From a virus (lineage: Duplodnaviria > Caudoviricetes), in IMG/VR virus record IMGVR_UViG_3300025806_000110, positions 1 through 32,669 of that record: a stretch of 32,669 nt of DNA. The stretch is one strand, 5' to 3'. This document shows positions 1 through 9,172 of this stretch, in pieces. Below the pieces are notes generated by a model. The model worked only from the letters and a program-made list of their open reading frames with translations, was not told the DNA's origin and did not search any database. Both the position numbers and the translations under genes were made by a program. The number at the start of each line of letters is the position of its first letter. Position 1 is the stretch's first letter.

Positions 1-1
1 A

Positions 2-2116
2 GATAATTCAACAAACTGGAACACTGCTTATAGTTGGGGAGATCATTCCACACAAGGCTACGTTACAACTTCTGGCGTAACAAGTGTTACAGGAACAGCC
101 CCTGTAGTTTCTTCAGGCGGAACAACGCCAGATATATCAATGGCCGCGGCAACTACATCGGTTAATGGGTATTTAACTTCTACTGATTGGACCACGTTCA
201 ACAACAAATTAACTAGTGTTTCGGGTGACCCTGTACCTACGCTTAGTGGTGATTTAGATGTCAATAATAACAGTATTGTGTCATCAGGTGGAAATATTTC
301 AATAACACCTGATGCTTCGGGTAATGTTGTATTAGATGGCATCAGCTACCCAAAAGTAGATGGGACAATAGACCAAGTACTAAAAACAAATGGTGCTGGG
401 CAGTTATCATTTACTACAGTAGGTGGTGGAGTAACAAGTGTTACGGGAACAACTCCAGTAGTTTCTTCAGGTGGAACAACACCTGCTATATCAATGGCTG
501 CGGCAACTACATCAGTAGACGGTTATCTAAGCTCAACTAACTGGAACACATTTAACAATAAGTTAAGTAGTGTTGGCGGTGATGCCGCACCAATACTTGG
601 TGGAGACCTAGATGTCAATGGTAACAGTATTGTGTCATCAGGTGGTGGAGACATTTCAATAACACCGAGTGGGCCAGGTAATGTTATTACAAGTAATGTT
701 ACTATTGATGGCATTAAGTACCCACAAACAGATGGAACAGGAGGACAAGTGCTTCAGACCAACGGAGCAGGGGAGTTATCATTCGCTACAGTAAGTGGTG
801 GCGGAGGCAGTGGTGATGTAGTAGGCCCATCTTCGGCAACAGATAACGCGATTGCTAGATTTGACACAACCACAGGTAAGCTACTACAAAACTCCTCTGC
901 TACAATAGACGACGCTGGAGCCATAACAGCACCTGACTTTATCGGTGACTTGAATGGTGCGGTTAGATTTGATGCAAAAGCAATAGGTAGCGCAATTGAT
1001 AAAGGAGAGGTTGTTTATATCTCAGGTATATCAGGCAACACACCAGAGATTCAATTAGCACAATCAAATTCATCGGCTACAATGCCAGCTTTTGGGATAG
1101 CTTTAGCTGATATTGCAGAGAATAACACAGGTGAGGTTGCTACTTTTGGAAGTGTCAAAGGATTAGATGTTACTGACTTTGGCGAAACCAGTATTATTTT
1201 TTCTGTAGGCGATACAGTTTATGTTTCATCTACTGAAGCTGGAAAACTAACAAATGTTCCTCCATCAGGAGAGGCTAACTTGATACAAAACATCGGTAAG
1301 ATAGAAAGGGCCACTCCAACATCCAATATGACTATCAAAGTAGGCGGTGCTGGTAGAACGAATGCAACACCAAACCTTGACTCTGCAAAGATGTTTTTGG
1401 GTAATTCATCAAATCAATCGGTATCTGTTGCAATGTCAGGTGACGTTACAATTAGCAACACAGGCGCAACAACGGTAGGCACTATTAATTCAGTTGCGGT
1501 AGCCACAGTAACAGCAGGGGCAGCTTTAGGCGCAACAGCACAACAACCACCAAGCGAAGGTGCGTTTGTTAACGGTGATAAAACAAAGCTAGACGGTATA
1601 GAGGCTTTAGCGGATGTAACAGACGCAACAAACGTTACTGCCGCGGGTGCATTGATGGATTCTGAAGTAACTAACCTTGCGGATGTAAAAGCTTTTGCTA
1701 CCACCGATTATGCTACTGCAGCTCAAGGATTAACAGCCGATGCTGCATTACCAAAAGCGGGTGGGGCAATGACAGGTGCTATAACTGGCAACCAAGATAT
1801 AACAGGTAAAAGACCAATAGTTACTGACACAACCACAAATATAGACTTAACACTAGGTACACACGAGGGTACTTTTATATACTCTGATAATGTAGCTGCA
1901 GTAGCTGTAAATATTCCTCCAAATTCAACCCAAGCATTTCCTGTAGGCACAGAGATTGATATGATTCAAGCGGGAGGTGGTCAGGTAACGGTAGCCCCAG
2001 GAACAGGTGTTAATTTAAATGGGGGAATTGCAACAATCGCAATTACAGCGCAATGGGGTGGGGCAACATTGAAACAAATAACAGTAGACAACTGGATAAT
2101 TGTTGGTAAAATATAA
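2..2116 (+). CDS. Tail fibre / virion appendage protein, 5'-truncated (frame open from window start, not only from ATG 140)
   Basis: Frame is open from nt 2 (DNSTNWNTAYSWGDHS...). Gly/Thr/Ser-rich mosaic of typical fibre modules (GVTSVTGTAPVVSSGG, GDVVGPSSATDNAIARFD, DKTKLDGIE, ALPKAGGAMTG) with a C-terminal ...FPVGTEIDMIQAGGGQVTV...WIIVG domain. Confidence 0.8.
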   Translation, partial: DNSTNWNTAYSWGDHSTQGYVTTSGVTSVTGTAPVVSSGGTTPDISMAAATTSVNGYLTSTDWTTFNNKLTSVSGDPVPTLSGDLDVNNNSIVSSGGNISITPDASGNVVLDGISYPKVDGTIDQVLKTNGAGQLSFTTVGGGVTSVTGTTPVVSSGGTTPAISMAAATTSVDGYLSSTNWNTFNNKLSSVGGDAAPILGGDLDVNGNSIVSSGGGDISITPSGPGNVITSNVTIDGIKYPQTDGTGGQVLQTNGAGELSFATVSGGGGSGDVVGPSSATDNAIARFDTTTGKLLQNSSATIDDAGAITAPDFIGDLNGAVRFDAKAIGSAIDKGEVVYISGISGNTPEIQLAQSNSSATMPAFGIALADIAENNTGEVATFGSVKGLDVTDFGETSIIFSVGDTVYVSSTEAGKLTNVPPSGEANLIQNIGKIERATPTSNMTIKVGGAGRTNATPNLDSAKMFLGNSSNQSVSVAMSGDVTISNTGATTVGTINSVAVATVTAGAALGATAQQPPSEGAFVNGDKTKLDGIEALADVTDATNVTAAGALMDSEVTNLADVKAFATTDYATAAQGLTADAALPKAGGAMTGAITGNQDITGKRPIVTDTTTNIDLTLGTHEGTFIYSDNVAAVAVNIPPNSTQAFPVGTEIDMIQAGGGQVTVAPGTGVNLNGGIATIAITAQWGGATLKQITVDNWIIVGKI
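74..793 (+). repeat. Tandem intragenic duplication, about 354 nt (118 aa) period, in the tail fibre
   Basis: GVTSVTGT(A/T)PVVSSGGTTP(D/A)ISMAAATTSV(N/D)GYL...FNNKL(T/S)SV...DLDVN(N/G)NSIVSSGG...DGI(S/K)YP..DGT..QVL.TNGAG(Q/E)LSF starts at 74 and again at 428; the DNA similarity is still visible. Confidence 0.9.
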
Positions 2117-2119
2117 TAT

Positions 2120-2944
2120 ATGTTTGGATTAAATCTAGGAGCAACAAGCTCAAGTGGAGATGTAGGGCCGCCACCAAGTTACGACACGGACGCTGTGACT
2201 TACTTTGCTGCTGTAGTAGCTGCTGGAGGGGCTTTGTCTAATGGATTCAAGGCTGCTTGCTCAGATTTATTTGTAGCTGCAAAATCGAATGGATATTATT
2301 CAAAGTTGATTCAATTCATGCCCGTTGGTGGAGGGGTGGAGGCATCGGCTGAAATCAATATGGTTAGTCCTGGAACGAAGGATGACATTTATAAAAACTC
2401 ACCGACAATTGATAGTTCAATCGGGGTAACTTGGGATGGTGTAACTCAATGGGCAGATACTCAAATTGACTTGAACACCGACTTTAATTCAGGTTCAGAT
2501 TGGTTAGTTGGGGCATATCATATTAGTGGATTTGTAGGAACGGGAACGCGCAACATTCTCGGAGCGATGAACACCTCTGCTTCTCGAATAATGCTACAGG
2601 CACAAAACGGTGCTTCCTTCGATGTGGCTGTTTACGGTAATGGTCACTCTTCGTCTTTCGCTAAAAGTGGCACAGCTTTAACCGATGGTAAAATGATAAT
2701 CGGGCATAGAAGCGCAACCAACAAACTTCATATAACCGTTGGGGCTACTCGAACGACAAGGACACAAACCCGACCGACCACGGGAATCGCTTATGATTTC
2801 GCCTTTGGAGCAAGAAACAAACAAGGAGTGATCGACACTTTCACCAATGGAAAATGGTGCTGCAAAGTAGCGGCAACAGGAATGACAACAGCGGAGGTCG
2901 ATCTAATGATAGCGGACATTGACACATTTATAGCAGCAATTTGA
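2120..2944 (+). CDS. Putative receptor-binding / ConA-LamG-like beta-sandwich protein associated with the fibre
   Basis: 274 aa directly after the fibre. N-terminal helical YDTDAVTYFAAV segment, then WDGVTQWADTQID and alternating beta-strands ending in FAFGARN...GKW..., as in LamG-like phage tip proteins. Fold is inferred. Confidence 0.55.
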   Translation: MFGLNLGATSSSGDVGPPPSYDTDAVTYFAAVVAAGGALSNGFKAACSDLFVAAKSNGYYSKLIQFMPVGGGVEASAEINMVSPGTKDDIYKNSPTIDSSIGVTWDGVTQWADTQIDLNTDFNSGSDWLVGAYHISGFVGTGTRNILGAMNTSASRIMLQAQNGASFDVAVYGNGHSSSFAKSGTALTDGKMIIGHRSATNKLHITVGATRTTRTQTRPTTGIAYDFAFGARNKQGVIDTFTNGKWCCKVAATGMTTAEVDLMIADIDTFIAAI

Positions 2945-3144
2945 TGGAATTTATAATACTAGATAGAGCAGAATCAGAAGCCGTAGCATCCCTTCGCATT
3001 CATGGGCGAGAGGTGATGATTCCTGCCGATTCATTCATCTATCCTCTGGTGATCTCTGAATCGATAAAAACGAAACTAGATACCGATAAACTCGATACGA
3101 TCAATCAATCTGAAATAACATTTTTTCCCGAAACTGATGATTGA
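2944..3144 (+). CDS. Small hypothetical protein (66 aa), possible fibre/RBP partner
   Basis: ATG at 2944 overlaps the TGA of the previous gene (TGATG); acidic C-terminus FFPETDD. Confidence 0.6.
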   Translation: MEFIILDRAESEAVASLRIHGREVMIPADSFIYPLVISESIKTKLDTDKLDTINQSEITFFPETDD

Positions 3145-3157
3145 AAAAGAATACGAA

Positions 3158-3190
3158 TTTGAACCTGAAGAAGATATTTAACTATATTTG
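3158..3190 (+). promoter_or_regulatory. Bacteroidota housekeeping-sigma promoter (-33 TTTG / -7 TAnnTTTG)
   Basis: TTTG at 3158-3161 and TATATTTG at 3183-3190, 21-nt spacer, intergenic, 17 nt upstream of ATG 3208; matches the established Bacteroides/Flavobacterium consensus. Confidence 0.7.
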
Positions 3191-3207
3191 CAAATAAATT
3201 TAATAAA

Positions 3208-3462
3208 ATGAAAAAAGTAGAAAACAAAATAAGTCAAGACGAGCTAGTCAAATTGCAAGGCATTTCTAATGAAATGAATTCTTGTAAAATAAGTATATCA
3301 GACGCAGAAATGCACAAATACAGCTTGATGGCTAGATTAGCCGGACTCCAAGATAACTTTCAAGTTATTCAAAAAGAACTTATGGATAAGTATGGCAAGG
3401 TCAGTATTAGTATTGTAGATGGAACTATAAAAGAACCCGAAGCTGATGTCATTAATCCGTAA
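3208..3462 (+). CDS. Small coiled-coil phage protein (84 aa)
   Basis: A-rich start context (taataaaATG); heptad-like helix ending KELMDKYGKVSISIVDG; overlaps the next gene. Confidence 0.75.
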   Translation: MKKVENKISQDELVKLQGISNEMNSCKISISDAEMHKYSLMARLAGLQDNFQVIQKELMDKYGKVSISIVDGTIKEPEADVINP

Positions 3463-3667
3463 AATAACCATAGGCAAAGAATACAAAGAAAATGCAATGC
3501 ACTATTCGGTTGGCCAAGAAGTGTACGGTAAGCACCAAATTGTAGATATACAAGAGTCTGAAGAAAAGTATATTATTTATATACAAGACACAGAGGGTGA
3601 TGTAAAGCGGTGGAAAGACTTTAATAAAAACATGTCTGTGTCCGTTGAATATAACTTAGACTATTAA
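3446..3667 (+). CDS. Hypothetical phage protein (73 aa)
   Basis: Coupled by overlaps on both sides (TAATG at 3665-3669); compact beta-rich sequence IRKITIG...AMHYSVGQ...WKDFN. Confidence 0.75.
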   Translation: MSLIRKITIGKEYKENAMHYSVGQEVYGKHQIVDIQESEEKYIIYIQDTEGDVKRWKDFNKNMSVSVEYNLDY

Positions 3668-4302
3668 TGAGAAGTGTTTTTAATTTTTTAATAAAACCCA
3701 CGGGCAGTAGATATAACAACGAAGTTAACATAGATGGTAAAAAGCTGATCACGAACACGGATATATTTGATCATAAAAGTGTTAGCAGAGAAGCCGAAGT
3801 AATATCTACACCTCTTGCATTTAACACACCAATAGTAAAGGGTGATAAAGTAATAGTACACCACAATATATTTAGAAGGTGGCATAACATTAAAGGCGTT
3901 GAAAAAAATAGTGCTGGCTATATAGAAGAAGAATTGTATTCTTGTCAAATAGATCAAGTATATGCTTACAAGCCGTTTACAAATGGTGATCGCAAAGAAC
4001 GTTGGCAGGCATTAGAAGATTACTGTTTTGTGCAGCCAATAAAGAATAAAGACAAGTACGAGCTAAATATCGAGAATGAGCTGGTTGGTATATTGATATA
4101 TTCAAATAGTGGTCTTAGTAGTAAAGGGCTTGAAGTAGGTGATTTAGTGGGCATAGGCCCTAAGAGCCAATTTGAATTTTTAATAGATGGCAAGCGTTTA
4201 TATAGAGTGCGAAACCAAGATATTTCAATTAAATATGAATACGGAGGAAACGAGGAAGCATATAATCCAAGCTGGGCGGGTAGCAGTAAAAGAACTAATT
4301 AA
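3667..4302 (+). CDS. GroES-like co-chaperonin with two tandem GroES-like domains
   Basis: Two halves with GroES-type patterns: FLIKP...AEVISTP...IVKGDKVIVHH and CFVQP...GILIY...GLEVGDLVG...EFLIDGKRLYRVRNQDI. Confidence 0.6.
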   Translation: MRSVFNFLIKPTGSRYNNEVNIDGKKLITNTDIFDHKSVSREAEVISTPLAFNTPIVKGDKVIVHHNIFRRWHNIKGVEKNSAGYIEEELYSCQIDQVYAYKPFTNGDRKERWQALEDYCFVQPIKNKDKYELNIENELVGILIYSNSGLSSKGLEVGDLVGIGPKSQFEFLIDGKRLYRVRNQDISIKYEYGGNEEAYNPSWAGSSKRTN

Positions 4303-4513
4303 AGTTGCTGAAGAACCAATTGTAGATACAGACGAAGACGTATCCGCAGACAGACTAAAAAATGCCGCAGCAACAAAAAAGCTAGCTATATTTGATGCTT
4401 TTGAAATATTGTCTAGGATTGAGCAAGAAGATGCCGCTTTAAACGGGGTTGTACTAGAAGACAAAAATCAAGATTCGATAAGCGGCTTTGCTGAAAAAAG
4501 AGCTAAAAAATAA
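4235..4513 (+). CDS. Probable terminase small subunit (92 aa; ATG 4235 preferred over 4187)
   Basis: Helical protein immediately upstream of and coupled to TerL (TAATG); A-rich context before ATG 4235. Function is positional inference. Confidence 0.5.
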   Translation: MNTEETRKHIIQAGRVAVKELIKVAEEPIVDTDEDVSADRLKNAAATKKLAIFDAFEILSRIEQEDAALNGVVLEDKNQDSISGFAEKRAKK

Positions 4514-6741
4514 TGTATAACCAAACGTTATATAAAATAGTAGAACCTGTGAATCTTAATAGGCTTCATAGGTTAAATAAATCTAAAAGCTGGAAAAAAG
4601 GTTATAATAGTGAAGATGATATTATTTCTTTAAGTGGCACCGGTCAAATAGGAGATGTGTACGAAATATCTGGTTTAAAAATAGCTTTACCAAAAGAACC
4701 TAAAGATGTTTACTCTAGATCTAGCGACAAACAAGAACAATATTGGAAAAGACTAGACAAGCACAAAGAGCTTGAAAAAATTAAAACAATATTTGATTGG
4801 TTAGATTGTCCAGAGCAATTTAAGTCAAAGTATCACGATTATATAGACGAAGAATTTAATAGGCGTGAAAATGGTTTTTGGTTTAAAAACAATGGGGTAA
4901 GCACATACATAACAGGTACGCACTACATGTACTTGCAGTGGTGTAAAATAGATGTTGGAGAAGCGGAATTTAGAGAGGCTAACCGGCTGTTCTTTTTATA
5001 TTGGGAGGCGTGTAAGCTAGATAATAGGTGTTACGGAATGTGCTACCTAAAAAATAGAAGATCTGGTTTTTCTTTTATGGCGTCTGGTGAAATTGTCAAT
5101 CTAGCCACAATGACGAACGATGCTAGGTTTGGTATACTATCAAAAAGTGGTAGCGACGCTAAAAAAATGTTTACAGATAAGGTTGTACCAATGTCTGTTA
5201 ACCTACCCTTCTTTTTTAAGCCCATACAAGATGGTATGGATAGGCCTAAAACAGAGCTTTCTTTTAGAGTGCCAGCATCTAAGCTAACAAGACGAAAAAT
5301 AGAAAGCAAAGCCAAAAGCTCTGATTTAGAAGGTCTTGATACTTCTATAGACTGGAAAAACACTGGAGACAACTCTTATGACGGTGAAAAGCTTAAGTTA
5401 TTAGTACACGATGAGTCTGGAAAATGGGAAAGACCTGATAATATACTAAACAATTGGCGAGTTACAAAAACTTGTTTAAGGTTGGGTAGCAGAATCGTAG
5501 GCAAGTGTATGATGGGCTCTACTTCTAATGCTTTAGACAAAGGGGGCGAAAATTTTCGCAAACTGTATGATGCGTCTGACACGTTAAAGAGAAACAAGAA
5601 CGGCCAAACTAAAAGCGGGCTATATAACTTGTTTATACCGATGGAGTGGAACTACGAAGGCTTTATAGATAAGTTTGGCTTGCCAGTGTTTGATACACCA
5701 GACAAACCAAAACAAGATCCACACGGCGACGAAATAGATGTTGGGGTTATAGAACATTGGGACAACGAAGTAGAAGGTCTTAAGGGCGATCAGGACGCTT
5801 TAAATGAGTTTTATCGACAGTTTCCAAGGACGGAAGAGCACGCGTTTAGAGACGAAACTAAAAATAGCTTATTTAATTTAGCAAAAATATACGAGCAAAT
5901 TGATTTTAACGGCGATTCGTATAGTTCTAATTTAATAACCCAAGGCAGCTTTCAGTGGGAAAATGGGGCTATAGACACTAAAGTTATTTTTATACCAGAT
6001 AGAGGTGGTAGATTTTATTTATCTTGGTTACCAAGTAAAGATCTTCAAAATCGAGTAATAAGTAAGAATGGAGTTAAGTGCCCAGGTAACGAGCACATAG
6101 GTGCTTTTGGTTGTGACCCTTATGATATATCTGGAACTGTAGACGGTAGAGGTTCTAATGGCGCTTTACACGGAGTAACAAAATTCTCTATGGAAGATGT
6201 GCCTACAAACCACATTTTTTTAGAATATATAGCTAGACCACAAACTGCTGAAATATTTTTTGAAGATGTGTTAATGGCGTGTGTTTTTTATGGCATGCCT
6301 ATACTGGTTGAAAACAATAAACCAAGATTGCTGTATCATTTCAAAAATAGAGGTTATAGAGGATTCTCAATGAATAGACCAGATAGAGCTTGGAAAAAGC
6401 TATCTATAACAGAAAAAGAAATTGGTGGCATACCAAATTCTAGTGAAGATGTTAAGCAGGCTCATGCCGCTGCAATAGAAACCTATATAGCTAACCACGT
6501 AGGCTTAACGGAAAAAGCAGAATACGGTAGCGTTTACTTTAATAAAACGCTAAACGATTGGTCTAAATTTAATATAAATAATAGAACTAAGCATGATGCA
6601 TCTATTAGTTCAGGTTTAGCTATAATGGCCTGCAATAGAAACCTGTACATGCCCGTTAAAAAGATTGGAAAAAAAGTCATTGACTTTGGATTTAAAAGAT
6701 ACGATAATACTGGATACACTTCAGAGTTGAAGAAAAATTAA
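4513..6741 (+). CDS. terL: Terminase large subunit
   Basis: Walker A-like LKNRRSGFS, Walker B LLVHDESGKW, motif C GST, and RNase H-like nuclease residues FGCDPYD, ILVENNK, HDASIS; sits before the portal. Confidence 0.93.
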   Translation: MYNQTLYKIVEPVNLNRLHRLNKSKSWKKGYNSEDDIISLSGTGQIGDVYEISGLKIALPKEPKDVYSRSSDKQEQYWKRLDKHKELEKIKTIFDWLDCPEQFKSKYHDYIDEEFNRRENGFWFKNNGVSTYITGTHYMYLQWCKIDVGEAEFREANRLFFLYWEACKLDNRCYGMCYLKNRRSGFSFMASGEIVNLATMTNDARFGILSKSGSDAKKMFTDKVVPMSVNLPFFFKPIQDGMDRPKTELSFRVPASKLTRRKIESKAKSSDLEGLDTSIDWKNTGDNSYDGEKLKLLVHDESGKWERPDNILNNWRVTKTCLRLGSRIVGKCMMGSTSNALDKGGENFRKLYDASDTLKRNKNGQTKSGLYNLFIPMEWNYEGFIDKFGLPVFDTPDKPKQDPHGDEIDVGVIEHWDNEVEGLKGDQDALNEFYRQFPRTEEHAFRDETKNSLFNLAKIYEQIDFNGDSYSSNLITQGSFQWENGAIDTKVIFIPDRGGRFYLSWLPSKDLQNRVISKNGVKCPGNEHIGAFGCDPYDISGTVDGRGSNGALHGVTKFSMEDVPTNHIFLEYIARPQTAEIFFEDVLMACVFYGMPILVENNKPRLLYHFKNRGYRGFSMNRPDRAWKKLSITEKEIGGIPNSSEDVKQAHAAAIETYIANHVGLTEKAEYGSVYFNKTLNDWSKFNINNRTKHDASISSGLAIMACNRNLYMPVKKIGKKVIDFGFKRYDNTGYTSELKKN

Positions 6742-6753
6742 AATGAACATATA

Positions 6754-9150
6754 ATGCAGAACAAACCATCTAAAGGGATTTTTCCTAGTCAGTCAGTGCT
6801 TGACGTAGAAAAGTCTGGAAATGAATATGGTATGAAAGTGGCAAAAGCCATAGAATCTGAGTGGTTTAGAAAAGACAACGGTAGCGACAAATACCAAGCT
6901 ACTAAAGACAACTTTCATAGATTAAGACTGTATGCTCGAGGGGAACAATCTATACAAAAATACAAAGATGAGTTAGCTATAAATGGTGACTTATCTTATT
7001 TAAATCTAGACTGGAAGCCAGTACCTATCATACCAAAGTTTGTCGACATAGTTGTTAATGGTATGTCTGATAGAGTTTTTGATATAAAAACTTACAGCCA
7101 AGATCCAGATTCTTTAAAACAAAAAACCGATTATGTAGAGTCTATGCTAAGAGACATGAATAATCGAATATTACTTGAAAAAATTGATACAACAACTGGT
7201 ATCAATATGTTCAAGAATGATCCTAAAGAATTACCACAAACAAAAGAAGAGTTATCAGTAAAGATGCAGCTTGAATACAAGCCATCCATAGAGATTGCTC
7301 AGGAAGAGGCAATATCAAACGTGTTTGACTTAAACAAATTTGACTTAGTAAAGCGCAGGTGCGATTATGATCAAGTTGTTATAGGTATGTCATGCGCTAA
7401 AAGCACATTTAACACCGCGGAAGGAATACGTATAGAATATGTAGATCCTGTTGATATAGTATACTCATACACTGATTCACCATATTTTGATGATCTTTAC
7501 TATGTGGGCGAAGTTAAAAGAATGACTATATCTGAGCTAAAGAAGTTTTTTCCACAACTAACTAATGATGACATAAAAGAAGTTGAGGATATGGCTTACG
7601 ACGGTTCTGTTTATAGATCACAAAAATATTCAGCAACAAGTCAAGACAACTTTGTAGATGTACTGTTTTTTGAATATAAAACGTTTAACAACCAAGTATA
7701 TAAAATAAAAAACACAGCATCAGGTGCTAAAAAAGCTATTGAAAAAACAGATGAGTTTAATCCACCTAAAGACGCAAAGTCTCAGTTTGAAAAAGTACAA
7801 AGATCTATAGAGGTACTATATGAGGGGGCAAAGATAGTAGGCATGGAAAAACTTCTTAAGTGGAGGTTGTCTGAAAATATGACCAGGCCTAAGTCAGATA
7901 TAACTAAGGTTAATATGAGCTATTGCATAGTTGCCCCTAGAATATATCAAGGTAGACCAGAATCTTTAGTATCGAGAATGACTTCTTTTGCAGACATGGT
8001 GCAGTTAACACACTTGAAGTTGCAGCAAGTTATGTCAAGATTAGTTCCTGACGGTATATATATGGATGCAGATGGCCTAGCCGAAATAGACTTAGGTACC
8101 GGAACAAACTACAACCCACAGGAGGCATTGAATATGTATTTCCAAACTGGTAGTGTTATCGGAAGGTCAATGACAGCAGATGGAGATATGAATCCAGCTA
8201 GAGTACCTATAACTGAGTTACAAAGTGGTTCTGGTGGTGCTAAGATACAAAGCTTAATAACTACATACAATTACTACATGCAAATGCTCCGCGATGTTAC
8301 TGGCCTAAACGAGGCTAGAGACGGTAGCAAACCCGATTCCAACGCATTAGTTGGTCTGCAGAAAATGGCAGCTGCAAATTCAAATACAGCCACGAAACAC
8401 ATATTGCAGGCTGGTTTGTACTTAACACTGCGCATGGCTGAGGTTACTTCTTTAAGATTATCAGATGCTATAGAATATTCTAATACTAGAAGCTCTTTTA
8501 TAAATTCGTTAGGCAAGTTTAATGTGGCTACGCTACAAGAACTACATAGCATGCATCTTCACGACTTTGGCGTATATATAAGCTTAGCACCGGACGAAGA
8601 AGAAAAGCAATTACTAGAAAACAACATACAAGTCGCTTTACAAAGAGACCAAATAACTCTAGATGACGTCATAGACATAAGAGAAGTTAAGAACTTAAAG
8701 TTAGCTAATCAATTGCTAAAGCTGAGAAGAAGAAAAAAGGGTGAACAAGATAGAGCTCAACAAATGCAAAACATACAAGCTCAATCACAATCTAACGCTC
8801 AGGCCGCTCAAGCATCCGCTGAAGTTGAAATGCAAAAAGAACAAGCACTTGCTTCTACTAAGTCTCAATTGATGCAGGTTAAGCATAGTTTTGATTTAGA
8901 AAAAATGCAAAGAGAGGTTGATCTTAAAAGAGAATTAATGAGGTTTGAGTTTGAAATTAATCAAGGACTTAAACAATTAGATTTACAGGTGATTAACGGT
9001 AGAGAAGAGTACAAGGAAGATCGTAAAGATAAAAGAACTAAAATTCAAGCTTCACAACAAAGCGAACTTATAGATCAAAGAAAAAATAACAAACCACCTA
9101 AAGACTTTGAATCATCTGGTAATGACTTACTAGGAGGTTTTAATTTATAA
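6754..9150 (+). CDS. Portal protein
   Basis: 798 aa after TerL; YARGEQS, DWKPVPIIPKFVDIVVNG, LRDVTGLNEARDG, and a long Gln-rich C-terminal coiled coil typical of podovirus portals. Confidence 0.88.
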   Translation: MQNKPSKGIFPSQSVLDVEKSGNEYGMKVAKAIESEWFRKDNGSDKYQATKDNFHRLRLYARGEQSIQKYKDELAINGDLSYLNLDWKPVPIIPKFVDIVVNGMSDRVFDIKTYSQDPDSLKQKTDYVESMLRDMNNRILLEKIDTTTGINMFKNDPKELPQTKEELSVKMQLEYKPSIEIAQEEAISNVFDLNKFDLVKRRCDYDQVVIGMSCAKSTFNTAEGIRIEYVDPVDIVYSYTDSPYFDDLYYVGEVKRMTISELKKFFPQLTNDDIKEVEDMAYDGSVYRSQKYSATSQDNFVDVLFFEYKTFNNQVYKIKNTASGAKKAIEKTDEFNPPKDAKSQFEKVQRSIEVLYEGAKIVGMEKLLKWRLSENMTRPKSDITKVNMSYCIVAPRIYQGRPESLVSRMTSFADMVQLTHLKLQQVMSRLVPDGIYMDADGLAEIDLGTGTNYNPQEALNMYFQTGSVIGRSMTADGDMNPARVPITELQSGSGGAKIQSLITTYNYYMQMLRDVTGLNEARDGSKPDSNALVGLQKMAAANSNTATKHILQAGLYLTLRMAEVTSLRLSDAIEYSNTRSSFINSLGKFNVATLQELHSMHLHDFGVYISLAPDEEEKQLLENNIQVALQRDQITLDDVIDIREVKNLKLANQLLKLRRRKKGEQDRAQQMQNIQAQSQSNAQAAQASAEVEMQKEQALASTKSQLMQVKHSFDLEKMQREVDLKRELMRFEFEINQGLKQLDLQVINGREEYKEDRKDKRTKIQASQQSELIDQRKNNKPPKDFESSGNDLLGGFNL

Positions 9151-9172
9151 ACCAAATTTTTTATATTATATT

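Noticed and set aside
74-793. Fibre repeats as a DGR template/variable pair or CRISPR-like array
   Set aside because: Differences are mostly synonymous and not adenine-specific, both copies are in-frame coding, there is no reverse transcriptase or cas gene, and no repeat-spacer pattern.
2119-2126. TATGTTTG matching the Bacteroidota -7 box
   Set aside because: It overlaps the start codon of the gene it would drive, and no clear -33 TTTG lies at the right spacing.
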